Shown here piece after piece: positions 63,677 through 64,000 of a stretch of 64,000 nt of DNA. This stretch comes from Squalus acanthias. Taxonomy: Eukaryota. The translations under genes and the position numbers were made by a program. The DNA lies in assembly GCA_030390025.1 (NCBI GenBank), contig CM059446.1, positions 12,710,001 through 12,774,000 of the forward strand. The letters run 5' to 3'. Within the stretch, counting starts at the first letter, position 1, and each line of letters opens with the position of its first letter. The notes under the pieces are model-generated. The model was not told the origin of the DNA. It saw nothing but the letters and a program-made list of their open reading frames with translations, and did no database searches.

Positions 63677-64000
63677 CTCTTTCTCTCTCCACGGATGCTG
63701 CCTGGCCTGCTGAGTTTTTCCAGCGTTTTCTGTTGTTATTTCGGATTTCCAGCATCTGCAGTATTTTGCTATCGTAATAGTGGAGTCGGACACTTTAGGA
63801 ACTTTCAAGCGGTTATTGGATAAGCACATGGAGCACACCAGAGTGACAGGGAGTGTGATAGCTTGATCTTGGTCTCGGACAATGCTCGGCACAACATTGA
63901 GGGCCAAAGGGCCTGTACTGTGCTGTACTGTTCTATGTTCTATGTTCTTCTGACAGTAAAAACACGTTCGAATCAAATTACAGAGTTTTCTATTCTTAGT

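Larger units (their letters stand above)
62850..63776. mobile_element. Penelope-like element 3' end as a head-to-head inverted repeat, 14-bp TSD
   Basis: Arms 62850-63290 and 63311-63742, 20-bp spacer; TSD atagtggagtcgga at 62838-62851 and 63777-63790; GIY-YIG-type C-terminus and hammerhead motif in each arm. Confidence 0.85.
61272..63947 (+). mobile_element. Young 5'-truncated CR1 with uninterrupted RT-domain ORF, split by a Penelope-like insertion
   Basis: About 525 open codons ([39 protein letters not shown]) up to 62850; ORF resumes at 63780 (VESDTLGTFKRLLDKHM...*); tatgttc tail. Confidence 0.97.

Noticed and set aside
62850-63742. Palindrome as a sequencing or assembly fold-back artefact
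   Set aside because: The arms differ by a 10-bp indel and a substitution, a TSD flanks the structure, and the host CR1 resumes in register afterwards. Read-level confirmation is still desirable.

Overview
Vertebrate genomic DNA, most likely an elasmobranch (shark/ray) judging from the repeat families. The window holds 15 internal coding exons of DLG5 on the + strand (coiled-coil region, PDZ1, PDZ2 and the following linker); all have AG/GT boundaries and compatible phases, and the gene runs off both ends. One symmetric 231-nt coiled-coil exon (35902-36132) is absent from human DLG5 as I recall it. The introns are full of CR1 and L2 LINE fragments, Deu-domain tRNA-SINEs and several MITE families. 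The most unusual structure is at 62850-63776: a Penelope-like element 3' end inserted into a young CR1 as a ~430-bp near-perfect head-to-head inverted repeat with a 14-bp target-site duplication. Each arm carries a GIY-YIG C-terminal remnant and a minimal hammerhead-ribozyme motif. Two ~100-130-bp TSD-flanked relatives (2713-2839 and 19787-19886) both begin at the hammerhead core. All family assignments come from motif recognition and memory, not database searches. Exon, TIR and TSD coordinates were counted by hand; other repeat boundaries are approximate.
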